This document shows positions 47,174 to 57,279 of a DNA stretch of 64,000 bases, piece after piece. Position numbers and translations under genes: made by a program. The DNA is from an uncultured delta proteobacterium. GTDB lineage: Bacteria > Desulfobacterota > Binatia > UBA9968. The DNA is taken from NCBI GenBank assembly GCA_963727625.1, contig CAVSHR010000004.1, positions 928,001 through 992,000 on the forward strand, in the 5' to 3' direction. Each line of letters begins with the position of its first letter. The first letter of the stretch is position 1. The notes under the pieces are model-generated. The model was given only the letters and a program-made list of their open reading frames with translations. It did no database searches and was not told the origin of the DNA.

Positions 47174-48361
47174 TTAGCGGTGAATTGCTAAGAACGCAAA
47201 CACCTTCGCCGCGTTAAAAACATTATCCAGGGGCACCAGGTCGTGATCGGTGTGCTGGAAGCGAATATCGCGCGCGCCGTAGTTGATCGCTTGGATGCCG
47301 CGGAAATTGAATAACCCGGTGTCGTTGGCAGCGGTGGAAAAACTGAACCTGGGCTCGTAGCCAAGCATGGCGCGTATGCCATGCTCTAAAGCCTGCACCA
47401 CCTCCGCTTCTTTACCGACCTCGCTCGGATACATGAAATCGCGCGGCTGCACTTCGATCTCGAAAGGCTCGATTTCGCCGATGGCGTCTTTCATCTGTTG
47501 AATCGCTTTGACCGGATTGTCGCCCGGCAGCAGGCGGCGGTCGAACATGATGCGGCACTCGCTCTGGATCGTGTGCGTTGCCTTTGGAAAACTCTCGATC
47601 GCGTTAGGCGTGAGACTGACCTTGCCCAATTCCGGATGAGATTTCGTTTCCGGGTAGGGCATCAACGGTTTAAGCTTTTCCAACACTTTCATGGCGCCGT
47701 CGATGGCATTGATGCCCTCCCAAGGTCGGCTGCTGTGCGCCTGCTTGCCGCGCACGATGACCAGTACGTCGACGCGCCCCTTGTTGCCAAGCTGAATCTC
47801 CGGCGGACCGTCGATGATGCACCAGTCGGCTTCGACGTTGCCGTGATCGAGGACATGGGCCAGGGAATTATGCCGGCCGGTCTCGCCGGCGGTGCTCACG
47901 ACGAAATACAAATCGCTCGGCAACTCAACTTTTAACACACCGATCAATTTCACCGCCGCCATCATCGCTGCCAGACTGCCCTTTTGCTCGCACGCGCCGC
48001 GGCCCCACGCGCATTCGCCGTCGAGCTTATAAGGCGCGCCGTCGATGATCTCGCCGGAATAGGGATTTTGCATGGTGCTCGGGGCCGCGCACATGGCATA
48101 ACCGACAAGCATCAAGCGATCACTGCCCGCCCGCCCTCTGATGCGCAAAATAAGATTACCGAGCTTATCGATCGCCGGCTTGAACCCCGCTTGCTCCAAC
48201 TCCGGCTTGACCACATCGCGAATGAGCGCCAGCACCTGCGGCTCCGCTTCGAGCAACTCGGTCTGCGGGCTGGCATGCTGGAGCAGACTGACGGTCAGCC
48301 GTTTCACCTCGTCGTAAGACAGGTTTTTCTCGATCAGTTTCTTCGCCGTACCCGCATCCAT
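47174..48361 (-). CDS. M20 metallopeptidase family (ArgE/DapE-like) with divergent metal ligands
   Basis: GRGAC..KG, GK.AHSS.P..G.NAI, DRR.LPG, HT..D. Confidence 0.78.
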   Translation of the reverse strand: MDAGTAKKLIEKNLSYDEVKRLTVSLLQHASPQTELLEAEPQVLALIRDVVKPELEQAGFKPAIDKLGNLILRIRGRAGSDRLMLVGYAMCAAPSTMQNPYSGEIIDGAPYKLDGECAWGRGACEQKGSLAAMMAAVKLIGVLKVELPSDLYFVVSTAGETGRHNSLAHVLDHGNVEADWCIIDGPPEIQLGNKGRVDVLVIVRGKQAHSSRPWEGINAIDGAMKVLEKLKPLMPYPETKSHPELGKVSLTPNAIESFPKATHTIQSECRIMFDRRLLPGDNPVKAIQQMKDAIGEIEPFEIEVQPRDFMYPSEVGKEAEVVQALEHGIRAMLGYEPRFSFSTAANDTGLFNFRGIQAINYGARDIRFQHTDHDLVPLDNVFNAAKVFAFLAIHR

Positions 48362-48419
48362 CCAGGAGTTGCCTCTTATGTCTTACTCTTGCCTGTTGAC
48401 TACCGCCCGAAGCCTCTTT

Positions 48420-50165
48420 CTAATGCCCCTCCATCGAAACACCCACGTTGCCGATCTTGCGCGCGATCACTATAAGCGTCAGACAAATGACACTGACAAT
48501 CATCGCGAGCGAACACATCGGACCGAAATAACCGTCAGTATAGAAATTGTAGAGTAAAGGACCGATGGGCTCGGCTCCGGGGGAATAAAGAAAAACTGAA
48601 GTACTGAACTCACGCAAGAAAATGGTCGCCAGGATGATCCAGCCTGCGATAAATCCAGGTCTCATGAGGGGTAGAAGAACGCGGCGAAAAGTCATCACAA
48701 AGCCGGCACCGCACGCTTTCGAGGCATCCTCCATCTCGTCATGGATCTGAACAATCGTGCTTGTCATCGACCGTAATCCGTACGGAAGAAAACGACTAAT
48801 ATAACCGATCATTAAAATCCATAGCGTGCCGTAGATCGGGATTGGGATATAGACGTAGGTCCAGAGCAAACCGAGAGCCAAGGCTGGTCCGGGAAAGGCC
48901 CACGGGATAAAGGTCAGTGCTTCAATAATGCCCCGCCCGGCGAATTTCGTTTTAGTCGTGATATAGCCGGTAACAGCGGCGAGAAGCATACAGAGCGTTG
49001 CGCCCGCGACAGCAAGAAACACACTATCTTGAATCGCTTTATAGGTTCGAACGTCGGTCAGGTTGAAGCGATAGTGTTCCAGCGTCAGAAGGCTCAAGGT
49101 TTTTGTTCCGGGTACATGAAGGTAGCTCACGAATGAGGTGAACAAGAGAATCGCAAACGGCAATACCACGATCAAGGTTAAAATTAAGGCAGCGAAGCCC
49201 AAGGCGAAGTAACGCCATTTTCCTAAGTCGATGAGATCGGGATGGTACCCCCGACCGGTAACCGTCACGTATCGTTCTGCGCGAACCGTCAGACGCCGAT
49301 AAAAATACACCAGAACCATCGTAATCAACAACAGCGAAACCGCGTAGGTCGCCGCTAGATTATAGTTTGGCGGAAACGCGCCGATGGTCTCTCGGTAAAG
49401 CTTGGTCGTGAAGACTTCGATCCGCGCCGGCAACGCAATCACTGCGGGAGTATCGAAGCTCTCAATCGCCCGGACAAAATTGAGCATTACGGCGGCAGCG
49501 AAGGCCGGCCTGATGATCGGAAAGGTGATACGCCAGGCCACTTGAAGATTTCCAGACCCTGCCACTCGGGCTGCCTCTTCCAGGGCCGGATCCATCGAAT
49601 AGAGAGAGGCCGAAATGATCAAGAATGCCAGCGGAGTCGTGATCAGGGCTTCGACAAAAATCATCCCCGACATCGAGTAGATGTTCAACGGTGCGGATTG
49701 CAAGTCGAACGTCTTCATCAATGCGAGATTGATCAGGCCGACGCGCGGATTGAGAAGAATAACCCAGGAAACCCCCAACATTAGCGGCGGCAGGATATTG
49801 GGTATGATTGCGATCAATTCGATAAATTTCCGGAAGGGAACGTTGGTCCGAATTGCGATCCAGGCCAGCGCAGCTGCCAGAGTGGTTGCAACCAATGCGG
49901 CTCCCCCCGCGAAAGCAAACGAGTTGACCAGCAGCCTGAAAGTCAACGGATCCGAATAAGCGGTAACGTAGTTGGCCAAGGTAAAATAGCCGGGGACGCC
50001 GAGCGGCTGGCTCATGAAACTTCCGTAGATGAGCATCAAAGTCGGTGAAAGACTCAGATAGCCGACGATCGCTCCTACGATCAAAATGACCCATCGCTGC
50101 GGATCGCGGCGAATAAGCTGCGCTGGCCACTCCCGGATTTGCGATAGAACTGCCGTAGGACTCAT
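48420..50165 (-). CDS. ABC permease, FbpB/AfuB type
   Basis: paralog of 4631-6355; LEEAARVAG and MEDASKACGA motifs. Confidence 0.9.
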   Translation of the reverse strand: MSPTAVLSQIREWPAQLIRRDPQRWVILIVGAIVGYLSLSPTLMLIYGSFMSQPLGVPGYFTLANYVTAYSDPLTFRLLVNSFAFAGGAALVATTLAAALAWIAIRTNVPFRKFIELIAIIPNILPPLMLGVSWVILLNPRVGLINLALMKTFDLQSAPLNIYSMSGMIFVEALITTPLAFLIISASLYSMDPALEEAARVAGSGNLQVAWRITFPIIRPAFAAAVMLNFVRAIESFDTPAVIALPARIEVFTTKLYRETIGAFPPNYNLAATYAVSLLLITMVLVYFYRRLTVRAERYVTVTGRGYHPDLIDLGKWRYFALGFAALILTLIVVLPFAILLFTSFVSYLHVPGTKTLSLLTLEHYRFNLTDVRTYKAIQDSVFLAVAGATLCMLLAAVTGYITTKTKFAGRGIIEALTFIPWAFPGPALALGLLWTYVYIPIPIYGTLWILMIGYISRFLPYGLRSMTSTIVQIHDEMEDASKACGAGFVMTFRRVLLPLMRPGFIAGWIILATIFLREFSTSVFLYSPGAEPIGPLLYNFYTDGYFGPMCSLAMIVSVICLTLIVIARKIGNVGVSMEGH

Positions 50166-50190
50166 GGGGCAATCATTGCAACTGGCTATT

Positions 50191-50240
50191 AAAAATAGAG
50201 GGCTGGCCGGCCTCCATCCTTCGACCGACCAACCCTCTAT
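50191..50240 (-). terminator. stem-loop with U tract after the SBP gene
   Basis: atagagggttggtcgg ... ccggccagccctctat then ttttt on the minus strand. Confidence 0.65.
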
Positions 50241-50276
50241 GAAACTTGTTACTGGTTAATTCAAAAACCGATCACT

Positions 50277-51299
50277 TTATTTGGCGAAAAAAAGCTTGCG
50301 GTATTCATCCCGCAACTTTTTAAATTCCGCCTCATTTGGAGTATCCATGATGATCGTGCGACTGCTGACCTTGTCGGCATCATGAATATCTGGAGTGATC
50401 CCTGGGTAGAGGACGAATTCACCTTCTTGGGCGATCGCTTTTTGCCCTTCCGGCGAAGTCACGTACTCGATATAGAGCTTTGCCGCGTTTGGGCTATGCG
50501 CCTTCGCGCTCAGATTGGTATAATTGGCATCGGCCAGGAATTTATCCAGCATGGCGTAATCCATGGGTCCCTTATACTGCTTGATGTATTTCACGTAGGT
50601 GATACCGACCTTCGCCTCGCCTCGAATCAGCACATTGGCAACCGGCGCCAATGACTCCACCATATGGGGCTGCTGCCGTGCTAGTCCTTTGACGAAATCC
50701 TTCGCTTTTTCTCCGACGATCTTGTCCAAATTGTCCAGGAACTGCGCGGTCGTCGTGTGTCGTGACGGATCGGGCATGCTGATTTGATTCTTCCATTTCG
50801 GATCGAGCAGATCGCTAAAACTCTTGGGAATATCATTTCCTTTGACCAACTCCGTATTATAGAGGATGCCGATCGGTACCAGGCGCCACGGGGTCATAAG
50901 GCCGTCTTTTTCTTTAAACTGTTCCGGAAATTTTTCCGATGGCGGAGAGATAAATTTGCCAAAGAGCCCCTCCTTTTTCATGATGAGTTGGACCCCTCGG
51001 TTTCCTTCGACCACATCGAACCCCGGCCGTCCCGCGCGCCATTCGGTCAGAGCTCGATCCATAACTTTGGTTGAGGAAGCGCGCCAATACTCGACCTTGA
51101 TACCGTATTTTTTTGCGAAACCGTCATTGATCGCGCTCATGGATTTTGAAGGAACAGAGCCGTAGACAACAACCTTCCCTTCCTTTTTGGCGGCGGCGAC
51201 GTTTACCGTTTGCGCGCCTACATTTGGAACAAGGAAAATTAAACTTGATATCAGCGAAGAAAATATCAAGCGCGGCAACTGTTTTTGAACAAATCTCAT
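50277..51299 (-). CDS. ABC substrate-binding protein, AfuA/FbpA family
   Basis: AKKEGKVVVY, YNT.LV, DLLDPKWK, A.SPNAAKL. Confidence 0.88.
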   Translation of the reverse strand: MRFVQKQLPRLIFSSLISSLIFLVPNVGAQTVNVAAAKKEGKVVVYGSVPSKSMSAINDGFAKKYGIKVEYWRASSTKVMDRALTEWRAGRPGFDVVEGNRGVQLIMKKEGLFGKFISPPSEKFPEQFKEKDGLMTPWRLVPIGILYNTELVKGNDIPKSFSDLLDPKWKNQISMPDPSRHTTTAQFLDNLDKIVGEKAKDFVKGLARQQPHMVESLAPVANVLIRGEAKVGITYVKYIKQYKGPMDYAMLDKFLADANYTNLSAKAHSPNAAKLYIEYVTSPEGQKAIAQEGEFVLYPGITPDIHDADKVSSRTIIMDTPNEAEFKKLRDEYRKLFFAK

Positions 51300-51401
51300 A
51301 TCCTTAACCTCCATTTTTTCAGCTCTAAGTAGAGAAGAAACTCTATACGGACCCCCTAGGACTGTCAACCAAGGTATCTTTCGAGAAAACGCGTGTCGTC
51401 A

Positions 51402-52379
51402 TTAAAGTTCGCGAGCTAATTTGACGACTTGACTCCTTGCCTCCTGGGTGCCCATGGGTAGCAAAATCGGCAAGCTTAGGCCGCCTTGGAGAAACTTCTC
51501 CAATTGCGCGCCGCATTCCTTTACGGTTCCGCAAACGGAATGAGCAAACACGACTTCGTCGCTGATGAATTTCTTCGCCGCCTCCCAGTCGCGCTTGGCC
51601 ACCGCGGCCGCCAGACCTTCTTGATCGACCTTGCCGCCGCCCAGGCGAATGTTTTCGGCGTGATGGGTATTGCGGAAAATATAGGCGAGAAAAAGCTTGT
51701 TCGCTTCGACCGCTTCGCGCGCGTCGTCGGCGACTGCCGCGGTCACGAAACCAGCCACGTCCACTTCGCTCCGCGACTTGCCTGCCTTGGCCGCGCCCTT
51801 GGCGATCTCGACGACGCTACGTTTGATATATGCCGGCGCGCAACCGGCGGAGAGCAGCACGCCGTCGCCGATTTCGCCGCCGAGCTGCAACATGCGCGCG
51901 CGCACCGCCGTAATATACATGGGAACCGTCGCCTCGGGCACAAAGCTTATTTTGGCGCCGCGGACGGTAAATACCTTGCCCTGGTAGTTCACCGTCTCAC
52001 CTTTAAGATAGCGCCGTAGGATCTCCACGTATTCGCGCATGGTCTGGAGCGGGTGAGGCGATTCGATGCCGGCTTCTTTGAGCGCCGCGGCATTGCCCGT
52101 GCCGGGCCCGGCAATCACCCGCCCCGGCGCGAACTCATCCATGGTGGCAATCGACATGGCCGTGATGATCGGATTGCGCGAATAGGGGCTCATCGGCGCC
52201 GGCGCCAGTTTGATTTTCTTGGTTGTCGCCAGCAGCGCCATCGAGGTGGTCAGAGAATCGCGGAAACAGAGATGATCGGACATCCACACTGACTCCATGC
52301 CGGTATCGTCGGCAAGCCGGGCCAGCTCGATCATTTCCTGGATCGAATAAAATCCATCAAAGCATAATCCGATGCGCAT
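51402..52379 (-). CDS. LLM-class (Mer-like) oxidoreductase
   Basis: VWMSDH...RDS, PYSRNP, GR.I.G.G.G, GE.GDGVLL. Confidence 0.88.
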   Translation of the reverse strand: MRIGLCFDGFYSIQEMIELARLADDTGMESVWMSDHLCFRDSLTTSMALLATTKKIKLAPAPMSPYSRNPIITAMSIATMDEFAPGRVIAGPGTGNAAALKEAGIESPHPLQTMREYVEILRRYLKGETVNYQGKVFTVRGAKISFVPEATVPMYITAVRARMLQLGGEIGDGVLLSAGCAPAYIKRSVVEIAKGAAKAGKSRSEVDVAGFVTAAVADDAREAVEANKLFLAYIFRNTHHAENIRLGGGKVDQEGLAAAVAKRDWEAAKKFISDEVVFAHSVCGTVKECGAQLEKFLQGGLSLPILLPMGTQEARSQVVKLAREL

Positions 52380-52455
52380 ATCGTATCTCCTGGGTCTCGT
52401 CTTCGCGACCGGTTAAGTCAGATTCTAAAAAGCGCCGCCGAACACTCCTCATTCC

Positions 52456-52567
52456 GTCATCCTGTGCCGAAGGCGAAGGATCTGCTTTGTTAAGGAGATT
52501 GGACGATTATTTTAGTGTGCTTAAGCATCAAATGCAGATCTTTCGTCGCCCGGCTCCTCAAGATGAC
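52456..52567. repeat. REP-like inverted repeat pair
   Basis: gtcatcctg..cgaaggcgaaggatctgc ... gcagatctttcg...caagatgac. Confidence 0.6.
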
Positions 52568-52597
52568 AGCTCGCGGAAGCAAATAACGAACCGCATG

Positions 52598-53704
52598 CTA
52601 AAAACCGTCGTGCAGAACCTTGGGCAATATTTCCGGATTGACGTTTGCCAGCCCCATTTTCTCCAGCGTCAATCCTTCTTCGCGAAAATTCACGCCGAGG
52701 GCCGTCGACGCCAGCGTGATCAACGCATCCATCACCGGGGTATGGACGCCCATCAGCTTGCCGATCTCGGCCATCGGCACAAGACCGTAGCCAATATCTT
52801 CTCGGATGTAGCGATGATCGAGCGACGGCGGAGATTTGATAGTCTTATTCGGTTCGCTCTCGTGGATCGCATGATAAGCCAAACCGCGGTCGCGCGCCTC
52901 GGCTGTGGTGAGTCCGGCTTGATAAAAAATATCGACGAAACGCAGCGGCTGTAGACCGATCGACCGAACGATCGCCATGCGCTCCGCGTCGACCGCGTCG
53001 ATCCAAGCGCCGATGGCCGGCGTCACCCCTTCGCGATACCAGAGAAAATCGCCGCTGGTTTTTTCGATCCAGCCGGCGTTGCCGAGCATGCCGGCGGGAT
53101 GCATGACCGCATTGATGTTGGAGAAGCCGGTCTCCAACACGTTTTCCGCCGCGACGACATTCGGAAAGACCGCTTGAATGTCCTCCACTAGCGCGCCGGT
53201 ATGCTTTCCCGGAAATGCCGCGCACCCCAGATGGGTCGTGCGCCGGTAGACCTCCACTTTCCCGGGTTCGGACATGCGGCAGATGTAGGTCAAGGTCACC
53301 GTTTCACACAGCCGGACATCGCCGGTGCAGCCAAATTCTCGTAACAGATGAGCGAAATGGAGCGAGCCGCCGGTATGGCCGGGGTTGAGCAAAATCCGCT
53401 GGCCGTCGTTGAGATAGTTTGCCAAGTTCCGTGCGAGATACTCATGCGCCACCGACGGTGCCGCAATGACGATGAGATCGACACCCTGCACCACCGGCGG
53501 CAAATGCGGGCTCATAAAGTACGGCGCCGCGGATTTTCTTTCGCCGCCCTCGATGAACTCGATCTCGCCGCGCCTGGCGAGCTTGGCGATGGTGCTTTCC
53601 GACCTCGAGAAAAGACGTACTTGAAAACCGCGCAAAGTCAGATCGGCGGCCGCGGCGCACCCGCCATTGCCAGCGCCCAACACCGCGATTTTTTTGATGG
53701 CCAT
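52598..53704 (-). CDS. NAD/NADP octopine/nopaline (opine) dehydrogenase family
   Basis: VLGAGNGG, NPG.TGG, N.NAVMHP, D.ER, HRYI.ED..YGLVP. Confidence 0.9.
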   Translation of the reverse strand: MAIKKIAVLGAGNGGCAAAADLTLRGFQVRLFSRSESTIAKLARRGEIEFIEGGERKSAAPYFMSPHLPPVVQGVDLIVIAAPSVAHEYLARNLANYLNDGQRILLNPGHTGGSLHFAHLLREFGCTGDVRLCETVTLTYICRMSEPGKVEVYRRTTHLGCAAFPGKHTGALVEDIQAVFPNVVAAENVLETGFSNINAVMHPAGMLGNAGWIEKTSGDFLWYREGVTPAIGAWIDAVDAERMAIVRSIGLQPLRFVDIFYQAGLTTAEARDRGLAYHAIHESEPNKTIKSPPSLDHRYIREDIGYGLVPMAEIGKLMGVHTPVMDALITLASTALGVNFREEGLTLEKMGLANVNPEILPKVLHDGF

Positions 53705-53717
53705 TGAATTACGGAGG

Positions 53718-53741
53718 GTAGGGGCGCAATTCATTGCGCCC
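53718..53741 (+). repeat. GTAG-type REP element
   Basis: GTAG + gggcgcaat-tc-attgcgccc perfect 9-bp stem. Confidence 0.8.
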
Positions 53742-53748
53742 GGTGAAT

Positions 53749-54903
53749 TTAAGAAAAACGGTACTGCTTTAGTTTATCTTCGTCGAGCTCGATGCCCAGC
53801 CCGGGCTTCGAAGAAACGATGATGTCGCCGTCGGCGTAGTCGAACGCCTCGGCAATGATGTCGTCCTGATAATAGATGCCCGCGATCCCGCCTTTGCCCT
53901 TGCCCTTCGGCGCCGACACCGGCACGACGCAGCCGTAGGTGACTATTCCTGTGGAGGCGGCGAGATGAACATTGGCCGCGTTGCCGACACCGGTCTCCAC
54001 CGAGCCGTTGACATTGCAACCGAGTCCCGCGGCCTCAGCAACGGCCGCCACTTTTTTGGCCTTGAACATACCGCCCGGCTTGGTCGTGTAAATCGAGATC
54101 ATGTCCGCGGCATTTTTCTGGACGATCTCGATCACGTCTTCCGGCGTCCATGCACTCTCGTCAGCCATGATCGGGGTATCGACGCGACGCGCCACTTCGG
54201 CCATCTGGTCGACGCCTTCCACCGGCTGTTCCATGTAAAGGAGATCGAACTCTTCCATCGCCTTGGTTATTTTCACTGCGGCCTTGGCGCTCGGATAACC
54301 TTGATTGGCGTCGACGCAAATTTTTAGTTCAGGGCCGATCGCCGCGCGAATTTGTCTCACGAGTTCCACATCACGCCTTTGATCAATGCCCCCTTTGAGT
54401 TTGATCGTTTTCACCCCTTCCGATTTGACCAGCACGGCTTCTTCGACAGCCTTCTCAATTTCCATCAAACCGAGGCTATGGGCGATCGGCACGCGCTCGC
54501 GGAAGAGCCCGCCCAAAAGTTGATAGACCGGAACTTTCAGCGCCTTGCCGACGACGTCGAAGAGCGCCGCGTCGATGGCCGCCTTGCAGTAAGGATAACC
54601 TTTGACGGCCTTGTCCATCAGCGCATGAACCGACTCGAAACGACCCGGATCCTGCCCCGCCAACGCGGGCGCGATAATGTCGTTGATGACATGCATCGTC
54701 GTTTGCGGCGTCTCGCCGAAATATTTGCCGTGGTCGCCGCCCCAGTCTTTCAACACCGGCGCTTCGCCGAGACCGATCAAACCTTCGTCAGTGTGAAGCT
54801 TAATAATCACATACACGCCGATGGGCGTAGTAAGGCTCGCCCACCGGTGCACGCGCCGGGTCGGCAGGCGAATCGGAATGGTTTCGATCTTGGTGATTTT
54901 CAT
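53749..54903 (-). CDS. mandelate racemase/muconate lactonizing enzyme family (enolase superfamily)
   Basis: GLGEA, KLK, DANQGY, EQP, MADES, PGLGIE. Confidence 0.9.
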   Translation of the reverse strand: MKITKIETIPIRLPTRRVHRWASLTTPIGVYVIIKLHTDEGLIGLGEAPVLKDWGGDHGKYFGETPQTTMHVINDIIAPALAGQDPGRFESVHALMDKAVKGYPYCKAAIDAALFDVVGKALKVPVYQLLGGLFRERVPIAHSLGLMEIEKAVEEAVLVKSEGVKTIKLKGGIDQRRDVELVRQIRAAIGPELKICVDANQGYPSAKAAVKITKAMEEFDLLYMEQPVEGVDQMAEVARRVDTPIMADESAWTPEDVIEIVQKNAADMISIYTTKPGGMFKAKKVAAVAEAAGLGCNVNGSVETGVGNAANVHLAASTGIVTYGCVVPVSAPKGKGKGGIAGIYYQDDIIAEAFDYADGDIIVSSKPGLGIELDEDKLKQYRFS

Positions 54904-54909
54904 GGCGGC

Positions 54910-56022
54910 TCAACCCACGCTTAACAGCGCGTCCGTCGGAAAGACGTCGGAAAGCAGCTCGCAGCCGTTTTCGGTCACACAAAACATGTCCTTGTTCTGC
55001 ATGCCGAAGCGGCCTGGAATATAAAGCAGCGGCTCGAACGCGCCGACCATCCCGGCTTCGACGGTTTCGTTACCGTATCGTCCCATATAGGGCTCCTCGT
55101 GCAGGTGCAGCCCAATGCCGTGGGCGACGAAACTGATCGGCGCGAAACCGAGTTCGCTGAACTTCTGGAGAAACTTTCGATAAACCTCGGCGCAGCTGGC
55201 GCCGGGTTTGATCAAATCCATCACGAGATATTTACACTCGATCAGGTTCGACCAGATCTTGTATTGCTCGGGCGTCGCGTCGCCGACCACGGCCGTGCGG
55301 CATACGCCGGCGAGATAGCCATTTTTCTGACCGAAGATCTCCATGCGGATAATGTCGCCACTCCGCAGTTTACGATCCGTCGGCCCGACGTTGGGAAACT
55401 GGCTGCGCTCGCCGGAAGCGATGATCATCAGCTTGTGGCTATCCGCTCCGCCGCTGAATAGCGAAGTCAGCAGCCGGCCGGCGAGCTCGAGCTCGCTTAT
55501 CCCGACTTTCGCCGAGCGTAGCGTGTCGCCGAGCGCCTTGTCGGTGAGCTTGCTCAGAGACCGAAGCAGCGCCAGTTCGTCGAAGGTCTTGATCTGCCGC
55601 GCCTTGTTGAAGATCGCATCCGCTGCGGCCCACTGCACAGCGGGAAGTTCCTTTTGCAGCGTAGCGAAATCTTTTGCCGGCAGAAATTCCAGTTCCACCC
55701 CGACTCTCCCTCCATCGAGCTTCAAGTCCTTCAGCGCATCGGCAAGCTTGTCCATCGGATCGTCGGTAAACTCGCGATAGACCCTGAGATCGCCGATGCC
55801 CGCGTGCGTCCGCACCGTGGTTGCTTCCATGTCGATCGCGATCATACAAATCCGCCCATCGGCAGTCAAAACACATGCGGCGTGGCGCCATCGCATGAGT
55901 GACTGCGAGGGAACAACGAAACCAGAAACGTAGGTGACATTTTCCGGGGAGATAGCGACGATGGCATCGAGCTTTTCAGCGGCAATGCGCTTGTTGAGTC
56001 GCGAAATGATTTCCCGGTCCAT
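54910..56022 (-). CDS. M24 (Xaa-Pro peptidase/creatinase) family protein
   Basis: ENV.Y.SG, R.IK...E, HGIGL.LHEEP, FEP. Confidence 0.85.
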   Translation of the reverse strand: MDREIISRLNKRIAAEKLDAIVAISPENVTYVSGFVVPSQSLMRWRHAACVLTADGRICMIAIDMEATTVRTHAGIGDLRVYREFTDDPMDKLADALKDLKLDGGRVGVELEFLPAKDFATLQKELPAVQWAAADAIFNKARQIKTFDELALLRSLSKLTDKALGDTLRSAKVGISELELAGRLLTSLFSGGADSHKLMIIASGERSQFPNVGPTDRKLRSGDIIRMEIFGQKNGYLAGVCRTAVVGDATPEQYKIWSNLIECKYLVMDLIKPGASCAEVYRKFLQKFSELGFAPISFVAHGIGLHLHEEPYMGRYGNETVEAGMVGAFEPLLYIPGRFGMQNKDMFCVTENGCELLSDVFPTDALLSVG

Positions 56023-56138
56023 TTGGCTTGAATCGTAAAATGGGAGAATAGCGGCTGCTTCCCGGAGCGTCAAGCGAAGGACAGATGACCTGGCGGTGAC
56101 TCCGCGGGGCATTGTATTCGATGCACCGGAAAACGGTT

Positions 56139-57098
56139 TCAACCATCATTGGGCGATTTACTCTTGCTCAAAATCCACTCCACCGCCGGATCGCCGCTCT
56201 CGTCTTGCATGCGCATGAGTAAATTTTTGCCGCTCAACTTGCCCCAGTAGCGGTTTTCGCGCTGGCGAGTTTCAGCGCCGGCGACCTCGTTGAAACGAAC
56301 AAAGAACGAGAAGCCGTCGCCTTCCAGCTTGCCATCCTCGATCCCGCGCGCGCGGCCGAGAAACCCGGCCGTGCCGAATATCTTCTTGCCCTCCGGTCGG
56401 AAGAAAAACTGCTCAGAGTACTTAGCGCCCCAGCTGTATGTAACCTCACCCGCCCAACCGCCGGCGATCGCCGCCGCGGTGGCGCCTCTTTCGGATTCCT
56501 GCTCTTTGCTTCGCTGCCACCACAACGCGAAGGTCACCAGCAGTACGATAAGCGGCACCTTCCATATAAACCTGCGCAGTAATTTGTTTCGCAGATCGTG
56601 GCTCTTACGATCCTTGATGATCCGACTTTGTCCTTGCAAACCGGATGCCTTTGCGAGTGCGCCGATCAATTCGCCTGCGTCGCGCTGAAAATCCCGGTCG
56701 TTCAATGTCAAGGCGTTGCGCCCTGCCAACGGGCGGAGATCCGCCCGCAGTTCTTCAGCTTTAGGCATCTGCGCGCCGCCCACCAGGACTGGAATGACCA
56801 GCACGTTTCGTTGCAACGCCAGCACGACTTCGAGACCAACGAAGTCGTTGGGGTCGCTCAGGCGCAGATGTCCCTCGGCATTGCGGGTCGTGAGCCAATC
56901 CTTGCCGATCACCACCACCATCGCGTCGCAGGATCCGACTTTGAGATCAATCTGCCGGGCAAAGTCAGCACCCGGCGGAATATCGTCGACGTCCATGAAG
57001 ACTTGATCCGCGCCAAAGCGAGCCGACAAACGGTCATATAGCCGGCCGGCATACGCAGAGCTGTCTTCCCTGCGATAGCTGATAAAAATTCCGGACAT
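56139..57098 (-). CDS. TIR_2 domain membrane protein with extracytoplasmic C-terminal domain
   Basis: IFISYRREDS, VF.DVD.I.PG.DF, D.V..E, IPVL; TM helix near residues 180-195. Confidence 0.85.
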   Translation of the reverse strand: MSGIFISYRREDSSAYAGRLYDRLSARFGADQVFMDVDDIPPGADFARQIDLKVGSCDAMVVVIGKDWLTTRNAEGHLRLSDPNDFVGLEVVLALQRNVLVIPVLVGGAQMPKAEELRADLRPLAGRNALTLNDRDFQRDAGELIGALAKASGLQGQSRIIKDRKSHDLRNKLLRRFIWKVPLIVLLVTFALWWQRSKEQESERGATAAAIAGGWAGEVTYSWGAKYSEQFFFRPEGKKIFGTAGFLGRARGIEDGKLEGDGFSFFVRFNEVAGAETRQRENRYWGKLSGKNLLMRMQDESGDPAVEWILSKSKSPNDG

Positions 57099-57279
57099 CG
57101 ATCGTGAAAAGATCGCCGGCGCTCAAGGCACCCGCAGCAATACGGGCTTTGATCGGTGAATCTTTTGAGCTGACGGAAAATGATATCGGCTTTTCGATGG
57201 AAATGTCCAAGCCGACGAGATTTGATGGAATTTTGCCGATGTGTCGCGCTGTCCAGCGGAAAGTCGCCGCGCAGAACAA

